DNA of 64,000 bases from Gordius albopunctatus (taxonomy: Eukaryota), in NCBI GenBank assembly GCA_964276515.1, contig OZ193910.1:1736001-1800000 (forward strand), in the 5' to 3' direction. The translations under genes and the position numbers were made by a program. Below, piece after piece: positions 1 through 12,955 of this stretch; position 1 is the stretch's first letter; every line of letters begins with the position of its first letter. A model generated the notes under the pieces. It searched no databases, was not told the DNA's origin, and worked only from the letters and a program-made list of their open reading frames with translations.

Positions 1-520
1 GGGTCACCTTGTTGGATACCTTCAGATGAATTTATTTTAAAATCCCCAAATCTTAAAAAGGATGTTGAGCCATAACTTAATAAGATGTAGTTATGGAACT
101 CCGGGAATTTCTCGAGAAAATTTTCGATAAGGACATCTCTACGAATGCTATTAAAAGCGTTGGCAAAGTCTAGTTTGACCATGCAATGATCCGATGGTAT
201 GCCTTCGAGGGCTAGCCTAGCGGCATGACTAGCAGCTTCGCAGCCACCCTTTATTCCAAAACCTAATTGATGTGGACTTAGGTTAGTGGAAAGGATCGGT
301 TTGATTTTATTACATATTATTTTAGAAATAATCCTCCTAAAAACTCTCCCAATAGCGATAGGTCTTAGTGAATTGTCTGGCTTCTTAATCGCTATCAATT
401 TAGTGCCAAACAAAATAGGTATTATTTCATGAGGCACGTCCCCATTGACAATGAGATTGCATAACGATGTTATGGCCTTTAGGAGGCATGTTGAGTTTAG
501 GTTATTAATTTTAAGTAAAT
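1..520 (-). mobile_element. CRE-clade non-LTR retrotransposon, reverse-transcriptase fragment (runs off window start)
   Basis: Minus-strand translation gives KPDNSLRPIAIGRVFRRIISK, PHQLGFGIKGGCEAASHAAR, VKLDFANAFNSIRRD and GIQQGDP, which are RT motifs in the style of CRE elements. Confidence 0.8.
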
Positions 521-529
521 CTTGGAGAT

Positions 530-1082
530 ATACAGCTGGATGGAATCGTTTAAATTTTTTTGCAAAATCATCAATACAAATATAATTTTCTGCTAGAATA
601 AAGCAAGCAACAATGTTACTTAGGCCACGGTTGTCAATCCCCATAAATGAAAGCAGTGGAAATGCACAAGAATTTAAGGTTGCATCAATAAACAAAACTT
701 CTAGGTGATTGGTTATATATATTATGTTGCTCTTGTGTTTTATAGTATAAGACACAAAATTCATTATTCACAATTTGGACATCAACAGAGTTTCCCTCCT
801 TAACATCTAATTCATTGATAAGGTAGGGCAATTCTTTAAAATCCTGTCTATTATTATTGGATTTTGATATTTCAATATTGTATAAATCTCGTAAGTAGAT
901 AACTTGGTCTGATTTTTAAATTTTTTTGTGGAATTTCGGCATATTGCCATCAATATCCAAAGAATTTTCCACAATAGCTTTTTGTTCATTATCCAACTTC
1001 CTTCGTTTGGGAAGATGCATAGACTTAATAGACTGCTCCTTCCCTTTAAAAAATTGATGCCAATTTTGACCGCCATGTTCAA
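530..1082 (-). mobile_element. Degenerate MULE (Mutator) transposase fragment
   Basis: Minus strand near 560-710 reads LEVLFIDATLNSCAFPLLSFMGIDNRGLVTLLACFILAE, matching the MULE first catalytic Asp block. Stops and frameshifts lie upstream. Confidence 0.65.
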
Positions 1083-1457
1083 CTAATATTTTTGTTTTCC
1101 TAGAGTTCTAACAGTTTATAGCTGCACAGTATCTCATTCTATGTTTTCCTTTTTCTATAAACAATAAAATATAATTATATATAGCATCTAAATAATTTAC
1201 ATGTGGCGCTTGTTAATTATTTCAAGATGGCCACCTTTTTGGCTTCAAATTTTCCATATGTATGCATGCTCAATGAGCAGTCTATTAAGTATAAGGTAAG
1301 ATGATTAAAATACTCTTTATCTACAAAACAAAAATAATTATTATACAAATTTTGAATAAATTATCGAAAGAAGGTGATAAAAATGAAAGCTACTAAACCA
1401 AAAGGAACTTTTGTCAACTTCGACGTTTAGTGCATAACATATATGGCTAAATTACAG

Positions 1458-3167
1458 GATTCTTATTCAAAAAAAGCTGATCAGAAAAAAAGCTAATGAA
1501 AAATGTAGACCCTAAAATGTACTTGATGTCTTATGAGGTGTATGTAGAGCCCTGCAAAATTGAATTTTATCGGCCCGAGCCCGACCCGAGCCCGAAACTT
1601 TTTTTTATTTTTTGTCCGAGCCCGACCCGAGCCCGATTTGTTTTTTTCAGTCAGGCCCGACCCGAGCCCGACCCGACTTTTGAAAAATGTAAATTTGTAC
1701 CAATTTTATTTCAAAAATTTATTTATAAATATATTACGTATCGCGAATATTATGTGATTTAAAATATGAATAATTATGGTAAATAAATAAACTAGAGTCT
1801 AATTTCTCGGGTTTTAACGAAGTCATTCTCTCTTGGTAAGCTCGCCCAGCTGTAGAAAATGCTCGCTCACTGCTAGCTGATGTAGCAGGTATTGCCAAAT
1901 ACTTTCTAGCCAAATTGCTCAAACAAGGATATTCACTCTGATGCATCTTCCACCATTCCTAAACTTCCATACCATCAATATAATTCGTATTTAAATATTT
2001 ATGTAATTCATCTTCCTCAGCTTCCTTATCTATTCTGGGCTCTTCCCAACTACTAAAATCTAAAAATTCTTCCCCCATTATATTATCTAGAAAAATAATA
2101 AGTGCTTAATGCAAATTAAAAAATTACCATGCTCGAACCGGAGGATTAGCCTTAATCCTTTCCTCCATAATTATTAAATTTCGTATATGATGACAAATGT
2201 CATCAAATTCATAGCGTGGCAGCATTATTAAATTTCGATACTTTGGATTTAATAATGCGGATAATTTATGAATAATATCAAGTTCAAATTTTGAATTTAA
2301 AAACGAAAGGGCCTTTTTGGCCAAAGTATTAAACTCTTCGCTAAAAAAGGGTTTTTTAAAACATTCGATTAGTCTGTAATAGCATAAGAGTACCATGTTA
2401 ATGGTCGACTTTGCATCAGCCTCCAATTCATCACTAGCCGTTTTAAATGGCTTCAGAAATTTTATTAGGCTTTTAACTATTTCTATATCGATATTCTCTA
2501 TAATTGCCGAATCACCGCGTGATTGCAAAACAGTCGATATATTATTATTATATTGGTTGTATTAGGGTTTAAAAACACGCAACGCGTCTAAATCAAAAAC
2601 TTAAAATCAAAAAAATTAATATATGGGGGGTAGTAAAATTCTAAATATTTATTTTTAGGGGGATTATTTTGTATTGTAATTAAATTTTGGATTAATATTT
2701 ATTCAAATTTTTTTTCGGGCTCGGGCCACGGGTCGGGCTGGCCCATCAGGCCCGATCCAAGCTCGAGGCCCGATCAATGTTTTAAAATTTGCCCGAGTCC
2801 GGCCCGAAATCCCGTCGGGCCGGGCCGAACTCAAGCCGGTCCGGGCCTCGGACGGCCCGTGCAGGGCTCTAGGTGTATGTCGTATAGCAAATTTGAAAAT
2901 AAAATTTAAATATTGAATATATAAAAATTCGTTAGATATTCAAAAATAGGATTTTTAAAAATAAAATCTAATAATTAGATTTATTAATAAGATATCTAAA
3001 AATATTATATATATTCAAAAATGGTATAAAAATGGGATATTCAAAAAATGATTTATTAGCTTTTTTTCTGATCAGCTTTTTCTGATCAGCTTTATTTTTG
3101 AACACATTTTAGGGTCTAAATTTTTTATTAGCTTTTTTTCTGATCAGCTTTTTTTTGAACAGAAACG
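1458..3167. mobile_element. Inverted-repeat MITE interrupted by a hAT element
   Basis: TTCAAAAAAAGCTGATCAGAAAAAAAGCTAAT..TAGACCCTAAAATGT at about 1466-1520 is mirrored at about 3103-3159. The outer ends are approximate. Confidence 0.65.
1545..2871 (-). mobile_element. Internally deleted hAT transposon with transposase C-terminal remnant
   Basis: TIR TAGAGCCCTGCA/TGCAGGGCTCTA; perfect 8-bp TSD GGTGTATG (1537-1544, 2872-2879); GCCCGA subterminal repeats. ORFs 2124-2528 and 1734-1946 include LARKYLAIPATSASSERAFS (hAT dimerisation domain). Confidence 0.93.
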
Positions 3168-3375
3168 AATTATAGGGATTTAAACTTATTCATCCACAAT
3201 TTAGAGTAATCCTTTTAGGATTATATTATTCTCTCTTAGTTTTGTCTTATAGTCCAACAATATTTTTTCTACCATTTTGTGGCACTTATCCCATCAATAT
3301 CCTAGCCTATAGTAGATTGAATATTTTATTTTTATAATTGTTAGGCCAACCCCTTTAATCTCAAGCACACCCAAT

Positions 3376-4171
3376 TAGAGGTCAGCGTGGGCCGAGATTT
3401 TAGGTTCATGGCCGCCCATAACCGCACAAATATTATTTTTGGCCCGCACCCGGCCTGCAAAAAATCAAAAATTGCGCCGCATCAGGTCCGTACGAGTAAA
3501 AACAAATAATGGTTCCTTTTAGATTATTTAATTGTATGAAGACCATTTTGTATTGTTTAAAATATCTTAGCTACAGCATATAATATCGGTTTTAATCAAA
3601 ATTTATAATTTAATTTAAAAATAAAAGACTATTAATTTATCAGGGAATAATTTTGTTCTTCTCTGTTCTATAAGGCGACTTGCCTTACCTGAAATGCAGC
3701 CAGGATCTTCTATGATCTTCATTTTAAAAATTCTGTTACCGTAGTTTTTAGGAAGCTTATTTGATCATTTAGGGACAAGAAGAAGGGTCAATATTATTTT
3801 ATGATAAATATCGATATTAACTTTGAAATTAGCATAGTTTTGGCTCTTGATTTCAATTTGTAGATCTCTAAGTCAACAGGATCATCATTACACGTAACAA
3901 ATTAAGGATGCTTTTTAATGATTTATAAAAGGGTAATACTTTATAGAGTGTTGGTGTCTTATCCGCTTTTAACTCGATGCGCCTTTCTATAAGGTGAAAG
4001 CATATCAATTAATAACATGATATGTTTTTTGGAAGTGTTCAATTATTTTCACTAATCAAAGCTCAAGCCCAGCCCGCACTTTATTTATTTTTCTTTTTTA
4101 GGCCCGGCCCAGGCCGCGGGCCGGACTTTAGTCTGCAGGTTGAGAGCCGGCCTGGCCCATGCAGACCTCTA
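3376..4171. mobile_element. Non-autonomous hAT element
   Basis: Termini TAGAGGTC(A)GC/GCAGACCTCTA; 8-bp TSD CACCCAAT (3368-3375, 4172-4179); GGCCCG-rich subterminal motifs. Confidence 0.88.
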
Positions 4172-4277
4172 CACCCAATAACTTTTGTAGGCTTCAGCCC
4201 AATATCCTAGCCTTTTTCTTTTTAAACAACTTTTTTTGAATAGGATTCTAATTACCACTGCCTTAGTTAACATTAAG

Positions 4278-4775
4278 ATGGTATGTTGTTTAATTGATTT
4301 AAGATATGTTTAGACAGGAAGAAATCTGGTAAAAATTCAGGCAAAGTTAAAATTAAAGCTACAACGAGATCAGCGAGAGCTGGTTTAGTTATATTATCTA
4401 ATCTGTAATTAAAATTTTAGTTTACTGAAGGAAGAATTCATAGTCCTGTAAGAACTTTTACCACAAGCCATGGGTGTCTAAGTGCCACTGCGGTTGATTA
4501 TAATGCTGCTACATAAATATATTTAACAGCAGAAGTATCTCTAGGATATTATATTCATATATTTTTGAAGGTAATGGAAATGTCAGTAATGACTTAAGGT
4601 AATAAGGATTACCATTTGTCATTTACAGTTAGCCATAAGTGCGGATGAAGAATTAGACTCATTAATTAAAGCAACTATTGTCGGGGGAGATAATATTATA
4701 TTTATCAATTAACATATTTAAAATTTTAGGTGCTCCCCTCATAATATCTCTCATTACGAAAAAAAAATTCCATAA
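4278..4775 (+). pseudogene. H2A.Z: Histone H2A.Z (H2A.V) unprocessed pseudogene, 5 exons
   Basis: Exons: ATG (4278-4280); KSGKNSGKVKIKATTRSARAGL (about 4314-4387); FTEGRIHS..TTSHG..SATAV.YNAAT*IYLTAE (4421-4534, 114 nt); [30 protein letters not shown] (4571-4689); ..SLITKKK (4730 on). Intron positions match canonical H2A.Z. It carries frameshifts, a stop and a mutated donor. Confidence 0.9.
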
Positions 4776-5099
4776 TAACAATTGGTTTGAGTATCGACGC
4801 CTATAATGGGTGTGTGGACTTTAGCAATCAAAATTAGCCATTTAAATTGCCGACATGAACCAAGGTCTAAATTCAGTACAATTTGTCCGCATGCGTGAAT
4901 GTTGCTATGATTAGCCGCCTATAGGGACGGGCCAGACAAGAGGGGATGGATGTTTGGCCGGGGGTGGTATGACGCTAATTTCAGCCCTGTATTCACTAAG
5001 TATATGCGTTGGGTAGACCTGTCATATAGATATAATAGGCGACTTATAGTACGGCCATTTCTATTTAGTAGTCGCCTATATGGGACGTCAGTTTTTTAA

Positions 5100-6073
5100 T
5101 TGCGGGTTGATGTTAAAAGAGCAAGGTTGGGTGCATTTTCTTGCTTTTTTCGAACTTTTAATGTTACCAACATATCTCACTGAGGCGTAGAGTTGTTAAA
5201 TTGCTAACTTTCTTCAAACTCCAGACGCGAGCACGCACACTGAGTTGCTTAATATAGGCGTTAGCACAATATGAGCTCGCTGTTCGGTGCTAAAGGCAGA
5301 ACAGTAGCATATAAAAATGCTCAAGGGCCGAGCGGAAACTCGAGCAGATGATAGCTGGAATTGAAGAAAGTTAGCAATTTAACAACTCTACTGAGGCGTT
5401 GTCTAGATGAGAGCCTAGATTTATTTGATCTCCATAGCCTCTTATTGCTGTTGGGATTTCCTTTGATTTACTTTCAGTTCCAATTGTGACACAGCTTTGA
5501 TCATCTCATGCACTTCGTTTGATTGATTAATAGGAGTAGGATTAATGGGAGTAGCTACCGATGCCAAGCTGCTGACTCTGAAAGTTTTATTAATTCTATC
5601 AGCCACGTCTGCGATACGATCCAGTGACTGATCCTCTCTCATTGTGGCCAAGATGCTTACCTTATGTTGGGGTAGCTTCTTGCCCATCCAGAAGCGTTTT
5701 ACAATCTTTTTATCCATCATATTGTTACCTAAACATGATTTTATATACCTTAAAAGTTGAGAGGGTGTACGATTGCCTAGGTAGATTTCATCGAATAAAT
5801 TACCAAGTCTTTTTTCCTCACTGTCTCCGATCTTTTTCAAAATGGCATCTCTTAGTTTATCATATGGGCAAGATTATGGAATGTTGAAGATAAGATCCGA
5901 AGCCTCTTCTGCGACTTCAGTGGGTATGGATTCGACAAGATAAGAATATTTAGTTTTCTATGATGATATGTTCCTCGTATGAAAAAATCACACTTGTGAT
6001 AGCCAGATTCTGAAGTTTTTTGTATGGAATTCAGGGATTCGTATATGAATTGCAATTTCTCTTGCTTCACCAT
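5100..6073 (-). mobile_element. Gypsy LTR-retrotransposon gag remnant
   Basis: ORF 5442-5840 contains LGNRTPSQLLR..KRFWM..LP..SIL..LDRIADVADRI. A degenerate zinc knuckle CW*H*KF..ARKCTQPCSF lies near 5110-5175. Confidence 0.8.
5188..5390. mobile_element. 203-bp hAT-type MITE inserted in the gypsy gag
   Basis: 30-bp TIR TAGAGTTGTTAAATTGCTAACTTTCTTCAA; 8-bp TSD CTGAGGCG (5180-5187, 5391-5398). A partial second copy lies at about 12432-12561. Confidence 0.92.
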
Positions 6074-6082
6074 AATCAGGAG

Positions 6083-6900
6083 CAGAGGTCAGATTTGTTG
6101 GGAATTTTCTCCCCGAACCCGGGCCGATTCAATTTTCTAACTTCATTGCCCCCCCCCCCGGCCTGCCCGAACCCATCTAAGCGTCCACCCGGGCCCGCCC
6201 AAATTTTTAAAGCTGTCCGAATTGCCCGACCCGAAATATTAAATTTGCCCGTTAGTCCCGAATTTATGAGGTCCCACACAGAGGTCGGATTTGTTTAAAT
6301 TTTTCTGCCCAAATCCGGCCCAATTTTTAACTAAATTTATTGGGGAACCCTTCTAAGTGTCGGCTCAGCCATGCCCAAACCATTAGAGCTGCCCGGCCTG
6401 ATTAATAAAATTTGCCCGTTAGACCCGAAATTATCCAATCCCAAAATCTTTCAACCACTATAACAAAATAAGAATTAAAGTAATGTCATATCGATCCAAA
6501 CAAAGATAATTATTATGTAAAAATAACAAATCGTCGACAATTTCCGGGGATGATCTTGTGCGTTTTTCCTCTATTAATCTTCCTGCGATAGAAAAACTTC
6601 TTTCACTAGCAGTACTCGTCGCCGGGATGGCAAAGAGTATTTCTGTAAATCTCGCTGATTTAGGATACCTAAAATAATTATAATTTTTAATAACTTTAAT
6701 GTGACTTGTTTTCTTTATTTTTCCACCATGCTAAAAGGGAAAAACTTTCATCTACATCCTTGTCTAAAACATCATTAAAGTATGAATCGATCTCATCTAA
6801 TGCTGTATCATCTTCATCATCAGCCCATTCCGAAAATGTCACTTTTCATTTTTTACCTGCTTAAATAAAGTATAGGGCTTCATAAATTAATCTTACCATG
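6083..6900 (-). mobile_element. hAT transposon remnant (one end plus spliced transposase C-terminus)
   Basis: GCCCG subterminal repeats at 6083-6430. After removing a 37-nt intron (6669-6705) the minus strand reads WWKNKENKYPKSARFTEILFAIPATSTASEKVFSIAGRLIEEKR. Confidence 0.8.
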
Positions 6901-7124
6901 AGAGATTTTTAAAAAGCTTTCTTTTTGAATGAGATTTGTAAAAATTAAACATTTTTTTGTTACAATTTCATGTTAATAACTTCTTTTTATTAGTTATACT
7001 GGCAGAAGTTTTTTTATTAAACTAATTTAAAATAAACATAAAATGAAGTTTTGTATCGCATAAATTTTAAAATGTGCACAGACTAATCACAGTAAAAAAC
7101 ATAAATGATTTCAATAAAAAACAA

Positions 7125-8213
7125 TTAAATTTTAAATACATTTGCAAATAAAAATATATATGATTTAGCAAAAGATAATATTGATGAGATGGATATCTGA
7201 AATACATAAATTATGAACACTCCGAACGTGCTTTGAAACTCAAGGAGTAACGCGCCGCAAAAATTAAACATAATTTTTGCTAGTTTATAGTCTAATCGTT
7301 TAAAGAATAGATCGAAGAAATCGGACATTACCAAAATGACATTATACATATTGATAATATGTAAGATGAATATAATCTTTTGATCTTTAACATGATTATT
7401 ACGAATTCCAAATTGTCTTTTCCACAATTCTTGATGATTTAGAGGGTTATTAATGTCAAAATTGACTATGCTTCTCGTTCTTCTTTTACCAATGTAATAG
7501 ATAACTATGTAATTAAGAATTACTACTCCAAGTTTAGGTATAATACAGTGGCATATTATGGTGAAATAAAGTAATCCGTTAAATATAGTCGCATGTATTA
7601 TATTAATACAATATAAGCTTTCAAAAATGTAGAAAATGGATGCTTCATGATCCATTAAGAAAGGAGCTAACTTTTTAATCCAATGATAAATCTGCGAGAC
7701 TATGGACATAGTGCAAGTACAGATTATTATTATAAATGTTTTTTTTCTTGACAATAAATTATTGTATTTGAATGGCAAAACGACGGCCACGAATCGATCC
7801 AAACTTATTAGGAAGCTAATTATATTAGCTAAAGGTTGGATCGTTTCAAGTAAGGGACGTAAAAGGTTGCACTCTATTTGAGCTAATTGGTTCTTATGCC
7901 TGAATACCCAAGTGCAATTAGTTTTTAACAATGTTGCGTAAAACATTTTAACGATGCACCTCATAAGATTTAAGGCAGATAAAACTAATAAATAGATTGC
8001 CCAATTCCCCGGCTTCGGTGCTCGATTCATTGGTGAAGAAGGAATTATCCGCGTTCTACTCACACATTGCAACTTCATCGCATAACATAATGATACAATA
8101 TTTATGAGCAATCCCAAAAAAGTCATATATTTGACATATGTATCTTGGATACCATCAATGTAGTCCATCATAACCTCTAAATTATCAAGTTGTGCTTCGG
8201 TAGAGTTATTCAT
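7125..8213 (-). CDS. Rhodopsin-like (class A) GPCR, orphan peptide/chemoreceptor type, single exon, 362 aa
   Basis: Seven hydrophobic segments, N-terminal sequon NNST, TM1 GLLIN, TM2 YLLVLSALN, a Cys before TM3, and TM3 ISLDRFVAVVLPFKY (DRY-like motif). Confidence 0.88.
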   Translation of the reverse strand: MNNSTEAQLDNLEVMMDYIDGIQDTYVKYMTFLGLLINIVSLCYAMKLQCVSRTRIIPSSPMNRAPKPGNWAIYLLVLSALNLMRCIVKMFYATLLKTNCTWVFRHKNQLAQIECNLLRPLLETIQPLANIISFLISLDRFVAVVLPFKYNNLLSRKKTFIIIICTCTMSIVSQIYHWIKKLAPFLMDHEASIFYIFESLYCINIIHATIFNGLLYFTIICHCIIPKLGVVILNYIVIYYIGKRRTRSIVNFDINNPLNHQELWKRQFGIRNNHVKDQKIIFILHIINMYNVILVMSDFFDLFFKRLDYKLAKIMFNFCGALLLEFQSTFGVFIIYVFQISISSILSFAKSYIFLFANVFKI

Positions 8214-9446
8214 AACTTTTTATACTAACTATTAACTATTTTTTTGTGATATAAAGAACAGTGAAATTGAAAAAATGAGTATATTTAGCAGATTCACTTA
8301 ATCTTTTATAGAAGGATTTCAACGAATAATCTAATTTTATTTTTTATAAATTAATAATGAATTTTTAGCGCAACAGCCGAATCATACTTTAATCCTTAAG
8401 GTCCCCTGCATATTTAATAATTAATAATGTCGCTTTAATTATACCCGTAAAGGACTGAATTCAGACAATTTAATCAGCCATGATGACATAGGAGTTTATA
8501 ATATATTACGAAGGCCCTTCTCCAAATTACATGATGCAAACGTAATTATATATTAATTTAAAAAAGAAGACGATTGAATTAGGAACTAATAATGTAGCTA
8601 GGGGGAGCCAAGGTCCTCCCTCCAACAACAAAATTCGGACCCCTTTGACCCCCCACCTCATAAGAGAAAAATATTTACCCTTTTGCCCCCTCCAGGAAAT
8701 TTTTTAGTATATCGTGATTTAATTAATTAATTATTTTTTTAGTTTTGAAATAAGTGAATCTTTTATTTGAGCTAAGAGACTAAATTTCCGCTTTGTTATT
8801 TAAGGTGTGCAATCGTAACTTAATTCCTTTTTAAAAGCTCCAAACAACCGCTCAAATCAAATATGTATGAAATATTATTTGGGATAGGGGCAATTCCAAA
8901 TTAATATAAAGACTGTGGCTAAATAGTTTTACCAATGGTATAATTATACAGAAATTAACTTTTTGTCAATATACCCGTTCCATTGTAGGTTTTAATCGAT
9001 TTCTACAAACTTTCTAAACGTCATATAATTTAATATAGCCTAAATATAATCTTTTAAATTACATAGTTTTGTTGTTATTTAACTTTATCCATTTTTCTAT
9101 ATAAATAAAATAAACTTTATTGCCGTTAATTTGGCATAGAGAACTGCACGGCTTCAAGTTTTTGCTTTAAAGGAAACAACGGGACGGAGACGGGCCGTAT
9201 TATAACCTAGAGGACTCGGGCCGTGAATAGACATAAGTAATCCGCTGAGACCGTTATAAAATCATATAGATTTGTGTATTAAAAAATTAACTTTATTTTT
9301 ATAAAGTTTTATAATATTTACAATTATATTATTATGTTTATTAAATTAACGATGAAAATAAAATGATGTCCTATCGTTACTCATACATTCATTCATCAAC
9401 AATATCTCAACTCGAATTTCAAATTGTTAAGTTTAACTACAGACTA

Positions 9447-9756
9447 CAGTCGAAACTTCTTAATCGCAAATCTGATTATCGCAAAGATCTTTTAATCGCG
9501 AAGTTAACCGCCATTTTTTTAAACGATAATATCAACAAAAACATCGTTTATTAGTACAATATCGGATATTCACAAACATTTTCGAGTCCTTAAATCAACC
9601 AGATAATTATATAAAATATCGTTTTATTGCGAAGCGTAAAAAATGGATATTAAATATAATGTACATATACTTTTTCCCCATCGTTTAATCGCGAAATATC
9701 GGTTAATCGCAAAAGATTTTCAGGCCCAAGGCTTTGCAATTAAACGGTTTTGACTG
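9447..9756. mobile_element. pogo/Tigger-like (Tc1/mariner superfamily) MITE
   Basis: TA|CAGTCGAAAC..TTAATCGCAAA at the left end and TTTGCAATTAAACGGTTTTGACTG|TA at the right; TA TSD; internal AATCGC(A/G)AA repeats. Confidence 0.8.
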
Positions 9757-10428
9757 TATATATAGACGTGTTCCACTCCAACTATACCCTTTAAAAGTCT
9801 AATAAGTATGATTTTTACTGATTATTATTAACCATCTGTAACCCATATATATTAATGACACATCAAAACAATACACTACTGGTTGCATCATACCCCATTT
9901 AAAGTCCTCAAAGAAAAATAATCCTAGCCTTCTTCTGGTAAGGCTATTTTAAGCATACAATTACTGCTTGAGCGAGTCCATGACAACACTATGCTGTGCA
10001 GAGGCCTGATAATAATCTTCATTGATTTCTGGCATTAAGTTTGACAAAAACATTATATGTCTGTCAAAATATTCTTGTATCACACCATTATTGATATTTT
10101 ATATAAAAAGCGCGTTCATTGCCAATCAGCGGGCCGGGTCTAGCCCTGAATGAATCTACTACGAAGCATGGCGACTATAACAGACAGTCACGTTAAATCG
10201 ACTTTTTCCCATGAATATCTATCCAATTCAAAGAATATTCATAACCTTTTATTATGAATTATTAATAATATTTTTATGTGATCACGAGAAAACTTATTTA
10301 TAAATTAATTAAATTTTAAGTTTAAATGTTGAGTAAAGGGTGTTAATGAATTATTAAAGAGTTGATGAATCATCATATCCTGTATATAATTTTGATTATA
10401 AAGGTCTTGTTCTGAATTGCAGTTAATT

Positions 10429-12128
10429 CAGAGTTGTTAAACGACATAAAATTTGATTGCAATATAACAAAACAAAATATAGAGTAATGTTCAATGCATA
10501 ACCTTTATTTTGTCTAATGCAAAAAACTAATGAATTTATTATAATTATAAAAATAATCGATATGCAATAAAATAATCAACATAGCATTTTATTCACATTC
10601 ATGAGTAAAAGCATTTCAAGGTGATTATCCGTCAAGTTACCCCTTCTTTCACTTAATATTGACTTGGCTTTGCTGAACATACGTTCTATAGGAGCACTTG
10701 AAGGCATAGGAGTATTGTATTTGATGAACAAATTCTTGAGTGAAGTAAATTGTTGGAATATATCCAAAGTTGTATCAGTGGATTTGAGAAAATCCTGAAA
10801 AGTTGTTTTATGTTCTTTATTATTTATTTCGAAAAAATCATCAAAGTCTTTTCGTTCATAGTCTTCTTTTTTCTCCACGCCTGTCGTGATTTGACTTTCA
10901 ATTAATCGAATAATTCTTTTTAATATAGGTTTGTTTTTATCTTGATAGCACCAACTGAAATTTGTTTTAAATAAAGGGTTGAGAATTGCTGCTGCAATAA
11001 CATTATCGCCATATAAATTTGGGAATCTTTTTAAATGCAAAGAATAATTTAAAGTATAAAACCTTCTTTCAATCCCTTGTATAATTGCATTCACTAATGG
11101 TTGCCATATATCTAAATCACACAACCTTTTTAATTTCTTTATTAGTACTGTTATTGTTGTTAGAAGATATCCTCATTCAACGGTTTTATCTCCTTTCAAA
11201 ATGCGCAAAGATTTAGCTAATGGTTGTGTCATATATAAGCAGTGAGAAAAGGAAAGAGTAAAAAAATAGGATAAAGAGTACTATGGCAACCGATACAATA
11301 AATAATATAAATTAATAATTAAAATTAATTAAATAATTTAATATATAACCTCCATTACACACGATCTCAAAGAATACTTTTTTATCAGGCAAAAGATCAC
11401 AAGGGAAATCGTTAAATCCAACACGATTTCCATACACGGATCAATGCCATCCGTTTAGTTATAGCGCGTTTTTAATATTTTTTAGTCGTGTATGTAAATT
11501 TTTTTATACCAAAAATAATAAATTAATTAAAAATCAAATATATATATATATTTTAATAAAAATTAATTGTAATTAGATCATTATATGTGATTAAACTTAC
11601 GATAGCAAAGATATCTTTAAAAGTGTTTGAAATATTAAGATAGTAACGGCAGATGACAATATTCCAAAAAACGCTGAATTAAATATATTATCATTATTTA
11701 AATATTTATTGTAATTCTTTAATCAAATTACCTACCTGTGTTTTTAATCTTCTAATCTTATTAAACTTCAACTTCAATCGTTTTAGTGTTTTTCTATAGT
11801 TTATTTATTAAGCGACGAGTTTAAAAGTGTAAATATTAATCGTTGATTGATAAAGTAAATACGTGAATAATGTGAAATATCGCGATTAGATTATTTTTAT
11901 TGTCTATCGATAGTAACCAATTTCCCGCCTTGTTATCTTCTCCACCAGGAACATAGATATATGTTATATATAGTAAATCAGTAGAAATTTAATTTGTAAA
12001 AAATATGCGATATAATAAAATTTCGAATAAATTAATAAATTGTAAAACTCTTAATGTGCGCAAAACAGGAGCGCAGTGCGCGCACACGCTCCTTGTTATA
12101 AAAAAGTGCGCGCACCTTAACAACTCTG
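10429..12128 (-). mobile_element. Internally deleted hAT transposon with transposase C-terminus (ORF 10576-11124)
   Basis: TIR CAGAGTTGTTAA/TTAACAACTCTG; 8-bp TSD AGTTAATT (10421-10428, 12129-12136); protein motifs AAILNPLFK and LFIKYNTPMPSSAPIERMFS. Confidence 0.92.
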
Positions 12129-12955
12129 AGTTAATTTAGAAATATTTATATTAAACAGGTGTCTCGTATCGGTTTTAAAAATTAAATATCTTCTCGTCTC
12201 GGGTGCAATTATGAAGATCTCGTCTCATCTAGGCCTAGAAATATCTCATTTTCGTCTAGACGAGTAATTTTGACATGACTTAACCCTATAATTTTTCCTC
12301 AAGTTTCTTAAAATTATTGTGAACAAATAAAAAAAAAATATAAAACCATTTTCTAGATTAGAAATATTTAAAACACAATCTTAAGATACACATCAGTCTT
12401 TAATGGTGCTAGTATACTCCTTTACTCGTATGCGCGTTAGCATAATATGTGCTCGCTGTTAGGTGCACTAGGCAGAACATTAGCATATAAAAATGCTTGA
12501 GGACCGAGCAGAAACTCGAGGAGATGGCAGCTGGAATTGAAGAAAGTTAGCAATTTAACAACAATACTCGACAGTATAAGGTTGTTAGTTGTTAGGAATT
12601 AACCCTCTAGAATATTCGTCGGTAACCTCATACCCTACGAATTTTAGACTAATATTTTATTAAGATCTAATTTAGGTCAATATACCATAGGTTTTGGCTG
12701 AATCCTCTTTAATAAAAGCTTTTTTGGCTTGTAAAGGTTCTGAATGTACTTAAGTTTTTTTAACTTAAAAAATTGCTATTTTTTAGCTTACATATATATA
12801 TATATATAATTTAATTAATGTTGAAAATAATTATTTTCATGGGTTTCTGACTCGAAAATGATTCAAAAACGTAAGTTTTAAGCTTACCCGGAAGAATAAA
12901 ACATTTTTTAAGAGCTGGTAACATGAATTATGTGTATTATGAATGCCTATAATTA

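Noticed and set aside
1496..1762. ORFs rich in PEPDP/ARP (also 6020-6298, 35994-36254)
   Set aside because: Artefacts of hAT subterminal GCCCGA repeats.
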